Below are positions 52,768 through 62,629 of a stretch of 64,000 nucleotides of DNA, one piece after another (the stretch's first letter is position 1; each line of letters opens with the position of its first letter). Position numbers and translations under genes: made by a program. The stretch is taken from positions 1,642 through 65,641 of the forward strand of contig JAIVJI010000009.1 of NCBI GenBank assembly GCA_020200135.1, given 5' to 3'. The notes below the pieces were generated by a model, which did no database searches, was not told the DNA's origin, and saw only the letters and a program-made list of their open reading frames with translations. Source of the stretch: Acidobacteriota bacterium (lineage in GTDB: Bacteria; Acidobacteriota; Blastocatellia; Pyrinomonadales; Pyrinomonadaceae).

Positions 52768-53025
52768 CTAGTGCGCCGTCGGCGATTCGTGCGCGTGGTC
52801 GCCGCCGGGGGCGACGGGCGCGCGGTAGTCGCCGAAGCGGAACTCGGCCTCGGGCGTGTCGAAGCTGTACACGTCGAAGCCGTATGCGTCGAAGTAGGCG
52901 ACGAGGTCGTCGGCCGAGCGGAGAAAGATGACGGGCGTGTGGCCCGCGTCCGCGCGTATTTCCAGGATGCGCTCGATGATCTCCAGCGGGGCAAATACTC
53001 TCACCGGGTCTCTGTAAGTCGCCAT
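52768..53025 (-). CDS. Small hypothetical protein (85 aa)
   Basis: Plausible composition (MATYRDPVRVFAPLEIIERILEIRADAGHTPVIFL...). No known motif. Confidence 0.35.
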   Translation of the reverse strand: MATYRDPVRVFAPLEIIERILEIRADAGHTPVIFLRSADDLVAYFDAYGFDVYSFDTPEAEFRFGDYRAPVAPGGDHAHESPTAH

Positions 53026-53364
53026 AACTCGCTCGCGCCTCCTTTCGGGTCTCGCCGGGGCTTAACTGCTTTAGCGCCCGCCCCGCGGCCGTCTGACAGT
53101 CTGATGTACGCCCAAGCGGGCACGGTTGTTTGCAAGGCGCGTGTCTTTTCCGTTGCAAGAATTCACGGAAGTTTCCCCCGCGCGCGCGGGCGGACATAAG
53201 GCCGACGACGCCCCCTCAAAAATTCCTACTTGCAAAGTCGCGCCGCGTTCTGTCATCTTAGACAAGGGAAGCGCCCCGCGGGTTCCGCCCCGCCGGAGCC
53301 CCGCCTCATTCACCATCCCGTACCCGAGACGCACTATCTTCAAGTTTTTCCCGGAGCAGATTTG

Positions 53365-54585
53365 ATGAGCACACCCCAAGCGCCTTTTACCGCGCCGACG
53401 CCCCCCGCGCCCGGCGTTCCCCCGCAGTTGAACTTCCTGAACGTCCTCCAGCGGATGCTGTCGGTCTCCGACAAGGTCAGCGACCTGATCTTCTCGCCGG
53501 GGCGCCCGCCGCAGGTCGAGCTGCTCGGCGAGCTGCGGCCCGTCCCCGTGCCGGGTCTCGAAAAGCTTTTGCCGGCGCACACCGCCGGGCTCGCCAAGAT
53601 CATCATCGGCAACCACCAGACGGCCGGCGAGAACCTCGAAAAGCTCGGCTCGGCCGACCTCTCGTTCAGCGCGCCGGGCTTCGCGCGCTTCCGCGTCAAC
53701 ATCTTCATGCAGCGCGGCACCCACGCCATCGTCATGCGCGTCATCCCCAACCGCCCGCCGCAGTGGTCGGACTACAACCTGCCGCCGGTCTTGAAGGAGA
53801 TCGTCGGCCTGAAGAACGGCGTCGTGCTCGTCACCGGCCCCACGGGGTCGGGCAAGTCGACGACGCTCGCCGCCGTCATCGACCTCATCAACGAGACGAA
53901 GGCCTACCACATCGTCACCATTGAGGACCCGATAGAGTTCCTGCACCCGCACAAGAACTCGACCGTCCACCAGCGGGAGCTGCACTCGGACACGCCGAGC
54001 TTCGCGCTGGCGCTGCGCGCGGCGCTCAGGCAGGCGCCCAAGGTCATCCTCGTCGGCGAGATGCGCGACCGCGAGACCATCGAGGTCGCGCTCGAGGCCG
54101 CCGAGACCGGCCACCTCGTCCTCTCGACCCTCCACACCATCGACGCGGCGAAGACCGTGGACCGCATCATCGGCGTCTTCCCCAAGAACGAGGAGCAGTC
54201 GGTCCGCACGCGCCTGTCGCAGTCGTTCCGGTTCATCGTCTCGCAGCGGCTGCTGCCGCGCGCCGACCGGCAGGGGCGCATCGGCGCCATCGAAATCCTC
54301 AAGTCCACGGCGCGCACGCGCGAGTACATGGAGTACGGCGAGCGCGAGGGCAAGTCGCTCACCGACGCGATGGAGCAGGGCGACCTGGAAGGGATGCAGA
54401 CCTTCGACGGCGTGCTGGAGCGCTACGTCCGCGAGGGTCTGGTGAAGAGGGAGGACGCGACGGCCTACGCCACCAACCCCGGCAACTTCCTCCTCCGCCT
54501 CAGCGACATGGGCGCCGCCGGCGGCGCTCACACGCGCCCGCCCGCCGGCAACAACGGCGACACGATGCTCGACATGATCGAATAA
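53365..54585 (+). CDS. pilT: Type IV pilus retraction ATPase PilT
   Basis: GPTGSGKSTTLAAVIDLIN (Walker A), HIVTIEDPIEF, ILVGEMRD and HLVLSTLHT. Start at ATG 53365 (M46 of the tracked ORF). Confidence 0.9.
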   Translation: MSTPQAPFTAPTPPAPGVPPQLNFLNVLQRMLSVSDKVSDLIFSPGRPPQVELLGELRPVPVPGLEKLLPAHTAGLAKIIIGNHQTAGENLEKLGSADLSFSAPGFARFRVNIFMQRGTHAIVMRVIPNRPPQWSDYNLPPVLKEIVGLKNGVVLVTGPTGSGKSTTLAAVIDLINETKAYHIVTIEDPIEFLHPHKNSTVHQRELHSDTPSFALALRAALRQAPKVILVGEMRDRETIEVALEAAETGHLVLSTLHTIDAAKTVDRIIGVFPKNEEQSVRTRLSQSFRFIVSQRLLPRADRQGRIGAIEILKSTARTREYMEYGEREGKSLTDAMEQGDLEGMQTFDGVLERYVREGLVKREDATAYATNPGNFLLRLSDMGAAGGAHTRPPAGNNGDTMLDMIE

Positions 54586-54617
54586 ACCCCCGCGGGGGGA
54601 GACAAAAGCCGGACTTC

Positions 54618-54671
54618 AAAAGGCGAAAGTGAAGACGGGGGCCACGCCCTTCGTCTTCACTTTCGCCTTTT
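54618..54671 (+). terminator. Strong (bidirectional-type) intrinsic terminator after pilT
   Basis: AAAAGGCGAAAGTGAAGACGGGGGC-cac-GCCCTTCGTCTTCACTTTCGCCTTTT. About 25-bp stem flanked by an A-run and a T-run. Confidence 0.75.
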
Positions 54672-54702
54672 ATAGTTTGCCTTCCGGCGGGGCGGGTGCA
54701 AA

Positions 54703-56455
54703 ATGGCGGCAACCATGTTGCCGTGGGGCGTACATCAAACCGTCGTGGCTCTTAATGGACACAGGCGTTGGGCCGGGAGGGCGTCGCTTATGCTGGCGGC
54801 GCTGCTCGTGTTGTCGTCCGTGTGCCTGCCGCCGGCGGGCGAGGCGCGGCAGGAGGGTGGTGAGGGCGACGGCTTCGTGAGTCTCGCGCTGCCGCCGGGC
54901 GGCGAGGTCGTGGTGGAGAACAGGCGCGGCGGCGTCCGCGTCGAGGTCTGGGGCGGCGAGCAGGTCGCGCTGGCGGCCTCTGTCCAACAAACGCGTCAGC
55001 ATCGGCCGCGTTGACAACGTCCTGAAGATAATCGTCGTGCGTGCGAGCGCCGCGAGCGCCCCGCGCGTCGACTTAACTCTGCGCGTCCCCGCCGGGGCGC
55101 GGCTGAAGGTCTACACCTCGGACGGCGCGGTCGAAGTGTTCGGCGTGCCGGCCTCGCTCGACGCGCAGACGCTCTCGGGCGACCTGCTCTTCGCGCTGCC
55201 CCCGCGCGCCGGCGCGACCCTCACCGCGCAGTCGCTCAACGGCTCGGTCAACCTCGGCGACGGCGTCGAAGCGCGCGGCGCGGCCGGGCGTGTGCTCCGT
55301 GGAAAATTTCAGACGCGCCTGGGCGAGGGCGGCCCCGCCGTCAACCTCTTCTCGGGGCGCGGGCGCATCAGCGTCGAAACGCTCGCGGAGGGCGCCGCGC
55401 GGACCGAGACGGCGCGGCGCGCGGGGCCGGGCGGCGGCGCGAGCACGGGCGCGGCTTCGACGCGCCGCGCGGGGGCCGGGCCGGCGCGCGTGCGGGAGAC
55501 GCCCGACGACGCGCCCTTCAAGCCCGCGCCTCAGCGCCCGGGGCCGGCGGAGACGCCGCAGGAGGTCGAGGAGGACGAGGTGGTGCGCGTCGAGTCCGAC
55601 CTCGTCACGCTCAACGTCTCGGTCATCGACCGCGCGAGCGGGCGCGGCCTGCACGGACTCACGGCCTCGGACTTCCGCGTCTACGAGGACAACGTCGAGC
55701 AGACGGTCGGGCACTTCGAGACGGCCGAGGCGCCCTTCGACCTGCTGCTCCTGCTCGACCTCTCCGGCTCGACGGCGCGCGTGACCGACACGATACGCAC
55801 CGCCGCGCGCCGCTTCGTCGATGCGACGCGGCCGCAGGATCGCGTCGGCGTCATCGCCTTCGCGGGCGAGGTCTCGGTCGTCTCGCCGCTCGTGAGCGAC
55901 CGCGCGCGGCTGCGCGCCGCGCTCGAACGTCTGGCGGCGCCGAAGGGCGACACGCGGCTCCACGACTCGCTCGCCTACGCGCTCGACTTCCTCGAACGCG
56001 CCGCCGACCCGGCTCGCCGCCGCGCGCTCATCGTGATGAGCGACGGGCTCGACTCGACTCTGCCGAACGTGACGGGCGTCGGCTCGAACACCTCCTACGA
56101 GGAGATACGCAGCCGCGTGCAGGAGTTCGACGGCGTGGTCTACGCCGTCTGGACGAACACCGAGTACTACGAGGCGTTCAGCCCCGAGGACATCCAGCCC
56201 GAGACCTACGACCTCGCCTACGAGCGCATGGAGGGGCTGGCCGAGGCGGGCGGCGGCGTCTTCTACGCGGTGGAAAAGCTCGAAGACCTCGCGGGCGCCT
56301 ACGAGCGCGTCGTCGCCGACCTCGGCACGGTCTACGGCCTCACATACCGCCCCACCAACAAGCGGCGCGACGGCAGTTGGCGCGCCATCAAAGTCCGCCT
56401 CCCGCGCCGCGCCGACGCCGTCGCGCGCGGCCGACGCGGCTACTTCGCCAGGTGA
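54703..56455 (+). pseudogene. Secreted DUF4097-like + acidobacterial-type VWA domain protein, split by a 1-nt frameshift (~54984)
   Basis: ORF 54703-55014 (signal peptide, then ...VVVENRRGGVRVEVWGGEQVALAAS) continues in the +1 frame as NKRVSIGRVDNVLKIIVV... (ORF 55037-56455). The second part contains VVRVESDLVTLNVSVID...DFRVYEDNVEQ and the VWA motif LLLLDLSGS. Confidence 0.7.
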
Positions 56456-56886
56456 AATGGAATTCTAGTCGGCGAACAGACGCCCGACTGTGAGTCGGAG
56501 GGTCGGGATGAGCCGGGTGAGATGACCTCGACGACTAGGTCGGCCGTGTCGCGGTGCTTCGTGGGGAGCCGCGCGGCTAACTCCGCCGAGACGTAGAACA
56601 GGTCAGGCTCAAGGTATGTCCGTCCGCTCGTCCAAATGGACGCACGCGGGACGTAGAGCCTCCCTTTCGTCTTTGACGCGGACAGGTGCTCGCGCAAAAT
56701 CTCAATAATCCGGGCGACAATATCATCGTGGGTGTCTTCTGGAGGTGAGGACATGTAGAGGACTCCGGCGATGAGTTCGAGCTTCGACCTGTCTGGCGGG
56801 TCAGGCAGTTGCCAAAACTCCTCAAGCGTGTAGGTCTTGACCAGCGGCGAAGTGACCAGCGGCGGAGTGTCGATTCGGGTGTTCAT
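56440..56886 (-). pseudogene. Uma2-family (DUF820) endonuclease remnant
   Basis: YTLEEFWQLP...ELIAGVLYMS...PDLFYV...DLVVEVISPGS is followed by a frame change and premature stops. The C-terminal ~45 aa are missing, and the remnant overlaps the 3' end of the VWA gene. Confidence 0.55.
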
Positions 56887-57055
56887 CGAAAAGCCTCTTT
56901 TGCGGGAAGTATAGCACCGTGCGGCCGCGCTTTGACGGCCAATGTCGCTTTCGCCCGCGTGCGGCGGCGCGCAGTCGTTAGACTTATAGCCGGTCGCAAC
57001 GCCGCCGGCGTTTTAGCGGCAGCGCTGGGGGCGTTTGGGGCGTCTAAGTCTTGGT

Positions 57056-58408
57056 ATGCGTGCAAGGGGAAGCCATCTTGTTATCTTTTTTCTGATTCTC
57101 GTGGCGCTGGCCGTCGCGCTTTTGGTGCTAATGACGAAGCGTTCGAGGTCGCGCGAGGCGTCGCCCATGCTGGCGGCGGCGGAGGCGCCCGCGCCCGCGA
57201 AGCGGAGCCTGCCCCCGCTCCCGCAGCGTCCGCTCTCGCCGCGTCTGAAGTCTCTGCGACAGCGCGCCGCCGAGGCCGCCTCGCGCGAGCGCGGGCTCGA
57301 ATGGCGCGACGAGGTCGGGATGACCGAGCTGTCGGGCTGGGAGTATGGGACGCGCACGAAGGAGATTGCCGACGTGCTGGCCACGGATGATCTGAAGGGG
57401 CTGAGCCGGCTGGCGGTCGCCGGGGGGATGCTGCCTGACGGCACGGACCTCTCCGCGCTCGCCGTCAGCTTCACGGCCGTGACCGCCGGCGCGACCTACT
57501 CGCCGCTCGACAAGCAGGTGCTCATCGTCTCCGAGCGCGGCGGGCCGCGCGACACGGGGCTGCTCACGCACGAGTTCGTCCACGCCTTGCAAGACCAGCA
57601 CTTCGACCTCCTGCGGATGATGCTCGCGCGCCCGTTCAGCTTCGACCGCGAGGAGGCCGCCTTCGCGCTCGTCGAGGGCGACGCGGTGAGCGTCGAGCGC
57701 CGCGTGATGCGCGGCGAGGCGTGGGTCAAGCGGCCGCTCGAAGAGGTCGCGCGCGAGGAAGACGAGCGCTTCGCGTCATACCGTAAAGGCATCGGGGGCT
57801 TTTTCCCGCCGCTGCTCACCGAGACTTTCATCTTCCGCTACCGCGACGGCCTGCGCTTCGTCGAGACGCTCAGGCGCGCACGCCCCGCCGTCAGTCTCGA
57901 TGAAGTCTTCAGCCGCCCGCCCGTCTCGTCCGAACAAATCCTGCACCCGGAGAAGTACCTTGCGGGAGAGACGCCGCGCGAGGTCGAGGCGGACGTGAAA
58001 GGGTTCGCGGACGAGGGCTGGCGGCTTCAGGCGACGACGCCGCTCGGCGAGATAGGCGTGCGCGGGCTGCTCATGGCCGGCGTCGCGACCGACGAGGCGC
58101 GCCGCGCCGCCGCCGGGTGGGGCGGCGACCGCTCCTTCGTCTTCGAGCGCGAGGGCCGCGCGCCGCTCTTCGTCTGGAAGACGATCTGGGACACGCCGCG
58201 CGACGCGCAGGAGTTCTTCCGCGCCTACAACGAGATGCTGCGCCGGCGCGCCGCGCCCGCCGGGGAGGGCCCCGGAGCCGATGCCGCGCGCGCCTGGCGC
58301 GAGGGCGAGGCCGTGACGCGCGTGCGCGTCGAGGGCGACACGGTGACGGTCGTCCGCGGCGCGGAGGACGACTCGGCCCTCGCGCTCCGCCTCGCGCTCG
58401 GGCAGTAG
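57056..58408 (+). CDS. Membrane-anchored putative zinc metalloprotease (HExxH)
   Basis: N-terminal TM segment (HLVIFFLILVALAVALLVLM) and LLTHEFVHALQDQHF. Family not recognised. Confidence 0.5.
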   Translation: MRARGSHLVIFFLILVALAVALLVLMTKRSRSREASPMLAAAEAPAPAKRSLPPLPQRPLSPRLKSLRQRAAEAASRERGLEWRDEVGMTELSGWEYGTRTKEIADVLATDDLKGLSRLAVAGGMLPDGTDLSALAVSFTAVTAGATYSPLDKQVLIVSERGGPRDTGLLTHEFVHALQDQHFDLLRMMLARPFSFDREEAAFALVEGDAVSVERRVMRGEAWVKRPLEEVAREEDERFASYRKGIGGFFPPLLTETFIFRYRDGLRFVETLRRARPAVSLDEVFSRPPVSSEQILHPEKYLAGETPREVEADVKGFADEGWRLQATTPLGEIGVRGLLMAGVATDEARRAAAGWGGDRSFVFEREGRAPLFVWKTIWDTPRDAQEFFRAYNEMLRRRAAPAGEGPGADAARAWREGEAVTRVRVEGDTVTVVRGAEDDSALALRLALGQ

Positions 58409-58530
58409 CGCGGCCGGGGCGAGGGGTTACAGCCGAAGGCCCTTGTGGAGTGGGGTCTCGGGGAGTATGCTCTGGTCGTAAAGGACGGCTCTCCCTTGGG
58501 CCCCGAATCTTCTCAAAGGGAAGTGTACCC

Positions 58531-59363
58531 ATGAAAAACATCAAGTCCTCAGGGCTGGGGATTCTCTTCGCCCTCCTCGTCGTCGCGGCCTTCGGCACGG
58601 TCGCCGCGCGCGCCGACATCAACGACATCCGCGACTCGCGCATCATCTCGGCGCGCGCCGGACGCGTCAACTTCGTCTCGGGCGACGCGCGCCTGCGCCG
58701 CGCGGGCTCGCTCGAATGGCGAAGGTGCGCATCCTGCGCACGGGCGTCTACCGCATCAACGCGCTGGCGGACGGCACGGCGGAGTTGGTCGTCTTCGACG
58801 GGCGCGCGCTCCTCGGCGAGACGCTGGTCAAGGGCGGGAAGGTCGCGCGCGCCGGCGCGGGCGGCGTGGAAGTGTCGAAGTTCGACAAGAAGAACCGCGA
58901 CGAGCTTGACCTCTGGAGCCGCGAGCGCGGCAAGGAGCTGGCGCAGGCCAACGAGAGGCTCCAGCGCCGCGTGCTCAACACGGTCTTCGCGCGCAACAGC
59001 TTCGACAACATCTTCGGGTACAGCAGCGGCTTCTGGTTCTACAACGACCGTTCGCGCTGCTACACCTTCCTCCCGTTCGGCTACGGCTGGCGGTCGCCCT
59101 ACGGCTACTGGTACGAGACGGGCATCGTAGTTAACCCGAACCCGAGCGGCGGGTGGAGCCGGCCGGGACAGACGCCCGGTACCTATCCTCCGGGGACGAA
59201 CGGCGGCGGCGGCTCGAATCCGTCGGGCGGCGGCGGTGGCAATTCCGGCGGCGCCGGCGCGGCGCCTTCGCGCCCCTCGGCCGGCGACTCCATCGACCGC
59301 ACGCCGGTCGCGCCGCGCACCGAAACACCCTCCGTAGACAGACAGCCCCGGCGCGACCAGTGA
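58531..59363 (+). pseudogene. FecR-like secreted protein, disrupted (frameshift, probably with an internal deletion) at ~58717
   Basis: Signal peptide, then GRVNFVSGDARLRRAGSLEW (frame of ORF 58117-59130). The protein continues as AKVRILRTGVYRINALADG... in ORF 58716-59363. The C-terminus is Gly/Pro-rich. Confidence 0.5.
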
Positions 59364-59419
59364 CGAGCGACGCCCCGGCCGACGCGTAAGTCCGGGAAGA
59401 CCGACAGTCTCTTAAGAGC

Positions 59420-59465
59420 TTCGCCCCGCCAGCCGCTTCGGCGCGCCGGCGGGGCGAATTTTTTT
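59420..59465 (+). terminator. Intrinsic terminator (hairpin + T7)
   Basis: TTCGCCCCGCC...GGCGGGGCGAA followed by TTTTTTT, between convergent ORFs. Confidence 0.75.
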
Positions 59466-60722
59466 ACTTGCCCCTGACCGGGGCGAGCTCGTCGGCGGCG
59501 ACGAGGGCGGAGTGCGTGACGGCGGCGACGCCGTTGCCGGGGAAGACCGTGTCGCCGACCATGAGCAGGTTGGGGACGTGCGTCCTGTGGGTCGGGGCGT
59601 TCGCGCCGAAGGCTCCGAGCGACTGGCCGACGCCGCCGACCATGCCGAGCCTTCTGCGTGTGTGCTCGTAAAAGGTGCGCGGCGTCGCCGTCTCGAAGAC
59701 CTCCGCGCCCGCGCCCAGCTCCGGCAGCGCCGCGTGGACGCGGGCCCAGAGGGCTTCGAGCGAGCGCGCGTCCTGCTCCTCGTGCTCCGACTCGTCGGAG
59801 TGAAAAGAGAACCACTGTTCGGCGTCTGTGAAGGCGCTGACGGTGGCGGAGCGACGACCCGCGGGGGCGCGCGCGTCCCAGGCGGGCGCGGCGCCGAGCA
59901 TGAAGAGTGAGCTTTCGGCGTCGAACGACTCGCCCCCGCGTGGGTCGGAGAGCGCGAGGACCTTGTCCGAGGGAAGTCGCCCCGCCGCATCTTCCTCCAG
60001 GCTCACGAAAATCTGATAAGCGCCCCAGCCCTTCAACTGCTTGAGACGCGAGCGCAGCCCGGCGGGCGTGTGGTCGGCTCCGACGAGCTTGCCGTAGGTG
60101 TCCCAGACCGTGAGGTTGCTGACGACGGCGCGCGTGGTCCCGACCGTCTCGCCGCTCAAAAGCGTGACGCCGGCCGCGCGCCCGCTCTCGTCGAAGGCGA
60201 GTTTGAGGGCGGTCGTGTCGAGGCGCACCGTCCCGCCGCTCTTCTTTATCGACTCGGCGAGCGCGTCCGCCAGCGCCTGTCCGCCGCCGCCGAGCGCGTA
60301 CATGCCGCGCAGCGGCTCGGTGAGCGCGACCGCCGCGTAGAGGTACGCGCACGAGTCGGAAGGCACCTGCGCGTAGAGCTGAAGCTGCGCGTCGATGAAA
60401 TGCCGGAAGCGCGCGGACGTCCCGGCGAGGTGTGTCGCGGCCGCGTCTCCGCGCGCCGCGAGGATGCGCGGGGCGAGGCGCGGCGCGGCTGCCGCGAGCT
60501 TGAGGATTTGGAGCCTTGAGGCTTCGGCGAGCGCGGGCGCGCGGCGCGCGGCACGCCGGAGCGCGTCGGCGACCTCCGCGGCCTCGCGGTAAAACCTGAC
60601 GGCCGCCTCGGCGCATTCGGGGAAGGACTCGCGCAAGGACGCGTGGAACTCCCCGGCCGGGCCGCCCACGCGCACGTCGAGCCCTTCGGGCAGACGCACT
60701 GTGTAGGCGGGCGCCCCGGAAA
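59464..60722 (-). pseudogene. Phytoene-desaturase-family (CrtI/CrtD-like) FAD oxidoreductase lacking its N-terminal FAD-binding segment
   Basis: Homologous sequence starts at ..DFSGAPAYTVRLPEG immediately after the CPBP stop (60725). No GxGxxG segment and no plausible start codon. The C-terminus reads NLLMVGDTVFPGNGV. Confidence 0.55.
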
Positions 60723-60724
60723 AG

Positions 60725-61654
60725 TCAGCCGCCGAAGAGTTTTGTGACGAGCTCGACGAGCAGCCCCGGCGCGGGCGCGGCCTCGTCGGGCGCGAACCGC
60801 TTGATGTACGGGTCGAGCACCATGAAGACGGCCTGGATGGAGTTGAAGACCAGGTGGACGATGAAGCAGGGCAGGAGCTGGCCGGTGCGCGCGCGGATGA
60901 GCGTGAGGACGGTGCTGAGGAGGAGGATGGTGGCGATGACGCCGTAGCTCGGCCAGTACTGCGGGACGTGGATGACCGCGAAGATGAGCACGACGAAGAC
61001 GACCGCGCCGGCCGACCCCGCCAGGCGTCTGAGCGCGGAGTAGAGGACGCCCCGGAAGACCACCTCCTCGACGAGCGGCGCGGTGACCGACGCGACGAAG
61101 GCGACGGCGAGCATCGCCGCGCGCGAGCTGCGGACGAGCTGTTCGAGCGCGTTGTCGGTGGGGCCGGCGAGCTTGGCAATCCCGATGCCGACCAGCAGGA
61201 GCAGGACGGCGAGGCCGGCGCTGCGCCAGAAGGTGAAGCCCGCGCGCCACTCCCACCCGAGCGTGCGGAAGAAGGGGTGCTTGCCCGCGCGCGTCACGAT
61301 GAGCCACGCCAGCGCGAGCGTGAGCAGGTGCGCCGGGAGTATCGAGAGCACCTGGACGAGGAGCGCGCCCGGGTCTTTGGTCGCGAACTCGCCGAACGCG
61401 AGGAGCCCGACGCCGCGGTAGACCGCGTAGGGGATGATGAAGACCGCGAACGTGAGCAGCATCAGGACGAAGCTCACGAGCAGCAGCCCCAGCGCCTCCC
61501 AGAACCCCCAGGGCGGGCTGTCCGGGTCGGGCACGGGGCGCAGCTCCGGCGCCGCCGTCCGCTCGCGCGGCGCCGTCTCGTCATCCCGCTCGCGCGGCGC
61601 GTGCGTCAACTCTTCCGTGCTGTCGGTTGTAAACTGAGTCGGAGGGGTGCCCAC
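60725..61654 (-). CDS. CPBP-family intramembrane glutamic endopeptidase (CAAX protease/Abi)
   Basis: APLVEEVVFRGVLY, FAVIHV and HLVFNS motifs; multi-TM; GTG start. Confidence 0.8.
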   Translation of the reverse strand: MGTPPTQFTTDSTEELTHAPRERDDETAPRERTAAPELRPVPDPDSPPWGFWEALGLLLVSFVLMLLTFAVFIIPYAVYRGVGLLAFGEFATKDPGALLVQVLSILPAHLLTLALAWLIVTRAGKHPFFRTLGWEWRAGFTFWRSAGLAVLLLLVGIGIAKLAGPTDNALEQLVRSSRAAMLAVAFVASVTAPLVEEVVFRGVLYSALRRLAGSAGAVVFVVLIFAVIHVPQYWPSYGVIATILLLSTVLTLIRARTGQLLPCFIVHLVFNSIQAVFMVLDPYIKRFAPDEAAPAPGLLVELVTKLFGG

Positions 61655-61701
61655 GCACGCGAGTGTAAGAGATGCGGCGCACGAGGGTCAAACGGAAAGA
61701 A

Positions 61702-61822
61702 GAAGTAGACAGTAGACAGTAGACAGTAGCGCTCCGCGTCGCGGCCGCTGACGCTGAACCGCTGACGTTTCACCTCCGAAGGTTTTTCTACTGGCTACTG
61801 ACTACTGTCTTCTGTCTACTTC
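61702..61822. repeat. Period-7 palindromic element, family A
   Basis: GAAGTAGACA GTAGACA GTAGACA GTAGC ... TTTTT CTACTGG CTACTGA CTACTGT CTTCTGT CTACTTC. The right arm encodes the last residues (EVDRRQ) and the TAG stop of plsC. Confidence 0.85.
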
Positions 61823-62617
61823 AAAATGTCGGAGCATCGCGGCGCGCACCTGTCGGATGAGGTCGGGGAGGTCTGCTTCGGTGAGCGAGGCGGTCGGGAT
61901 GGGCGGGTCGATGTGCATCACGACGGGGCCGGCGCGCAGCACCATCGAGCCGCGCGGCATCGCGCCGCGCGTCCCGGTGATGGTGACGGGGACGACCGCG
62001 AGGCCGGACTCCATGGCGAGCCGGAAGCCGCCCTTCTTGAGCGGCTGGAGCGAGCCGTCGCGCGTGCGCGTGCCTTCGGGGAAGAGGAAGGCCGAGACGC
62101 CGCCGCCGAGCAGGCGTGCCGCGCGGCGCAGGCTCTCGATGGACTCGGCCGTCGAGCCGCGGTTGATGGGGATGTGGCCGGCGCGGCTGAGGTGCCAGCC
62201 GAGGAAGGGGACCAGGAAGACCTCGCGCTTGGCGGCGATGCGGAGCTGGCCGGGCAGGTAGCCGAGCATCACGGGGACGTCCATCCAGCTCTGGTGCGTC
62301 GAGAGGAAGACGTAAGACGCGCCTTCGCGCAGGTGCTCGGCGCCGCGCACGCGAACGTCGAGCAGCGCCGTCCGCGCTATCATCCGGCCCCAGGTGCTCG
62401 CGCACCAGTGCTGCACACGCCCGCGCCGGTCGAAGGGCGAGCAGGCCAGCGACAGCGTCGCCATCAGAACCGTGTAGAGCGCGACGAGCGGCCACGCCAC
62501 CGACGAGTGCGCGTAATTCAGGAGGGTCGGGGCGCGCGGCGGCGTCGTGCGCGGGCGTTCGTCGTCCGGCCGAACCGCCGCCGCCTCAACTTCCGCTGTC
62601 GGAGTCCGCTGTGCCAC
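61802..62617 (-). CDS. plsC: 1-acyl-sn-glycerol-3-phosphate acyltransferase
   Basis: HX4D (THQSWMD) and FPEGTRTRDG motifs. Confidence 0.85.
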   Translation of the reverse strand: MAQRTPTAEVEAAAVRPDDERPRTTPPRAPTLLNYAHSSVAWPLVALYTVLMATLSLACSPFDRRGRVQHWCASTWGRMIARTALLDVRVRGAEHLREGASYVFLSTHQSWMDVPVMLGYLPGQLRIAAKREVFLVPFLGWHLSRAGHIPINRGSTAESIESLRRAARLLGGGVSAFLFPEGTRTRDGSLQPLKKGGFRLAMESGLAVVPVTITGTRGAMPRGSMVLRAGPVVMHIDPPIPTASLTEADLPDLIRQVRAAMLRHFEVDRRQ

Positions 62618-62629
62618 GTTCTTGAGAGG

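Noticed and set aside
53118-53134. Sigma-54-like motif GGGCAC-N-TTGCA about 230 nt upstream of pilT, plus three TTGCAA hexamers (53130, 53153, 53230).
   Set aside because: The GG-to-GC spacing is 11 nt instead of the canonical 10. The TTGCAA recurrence (3 copies in 100 nt) could be chance. It is kept only as a low-confidence note.
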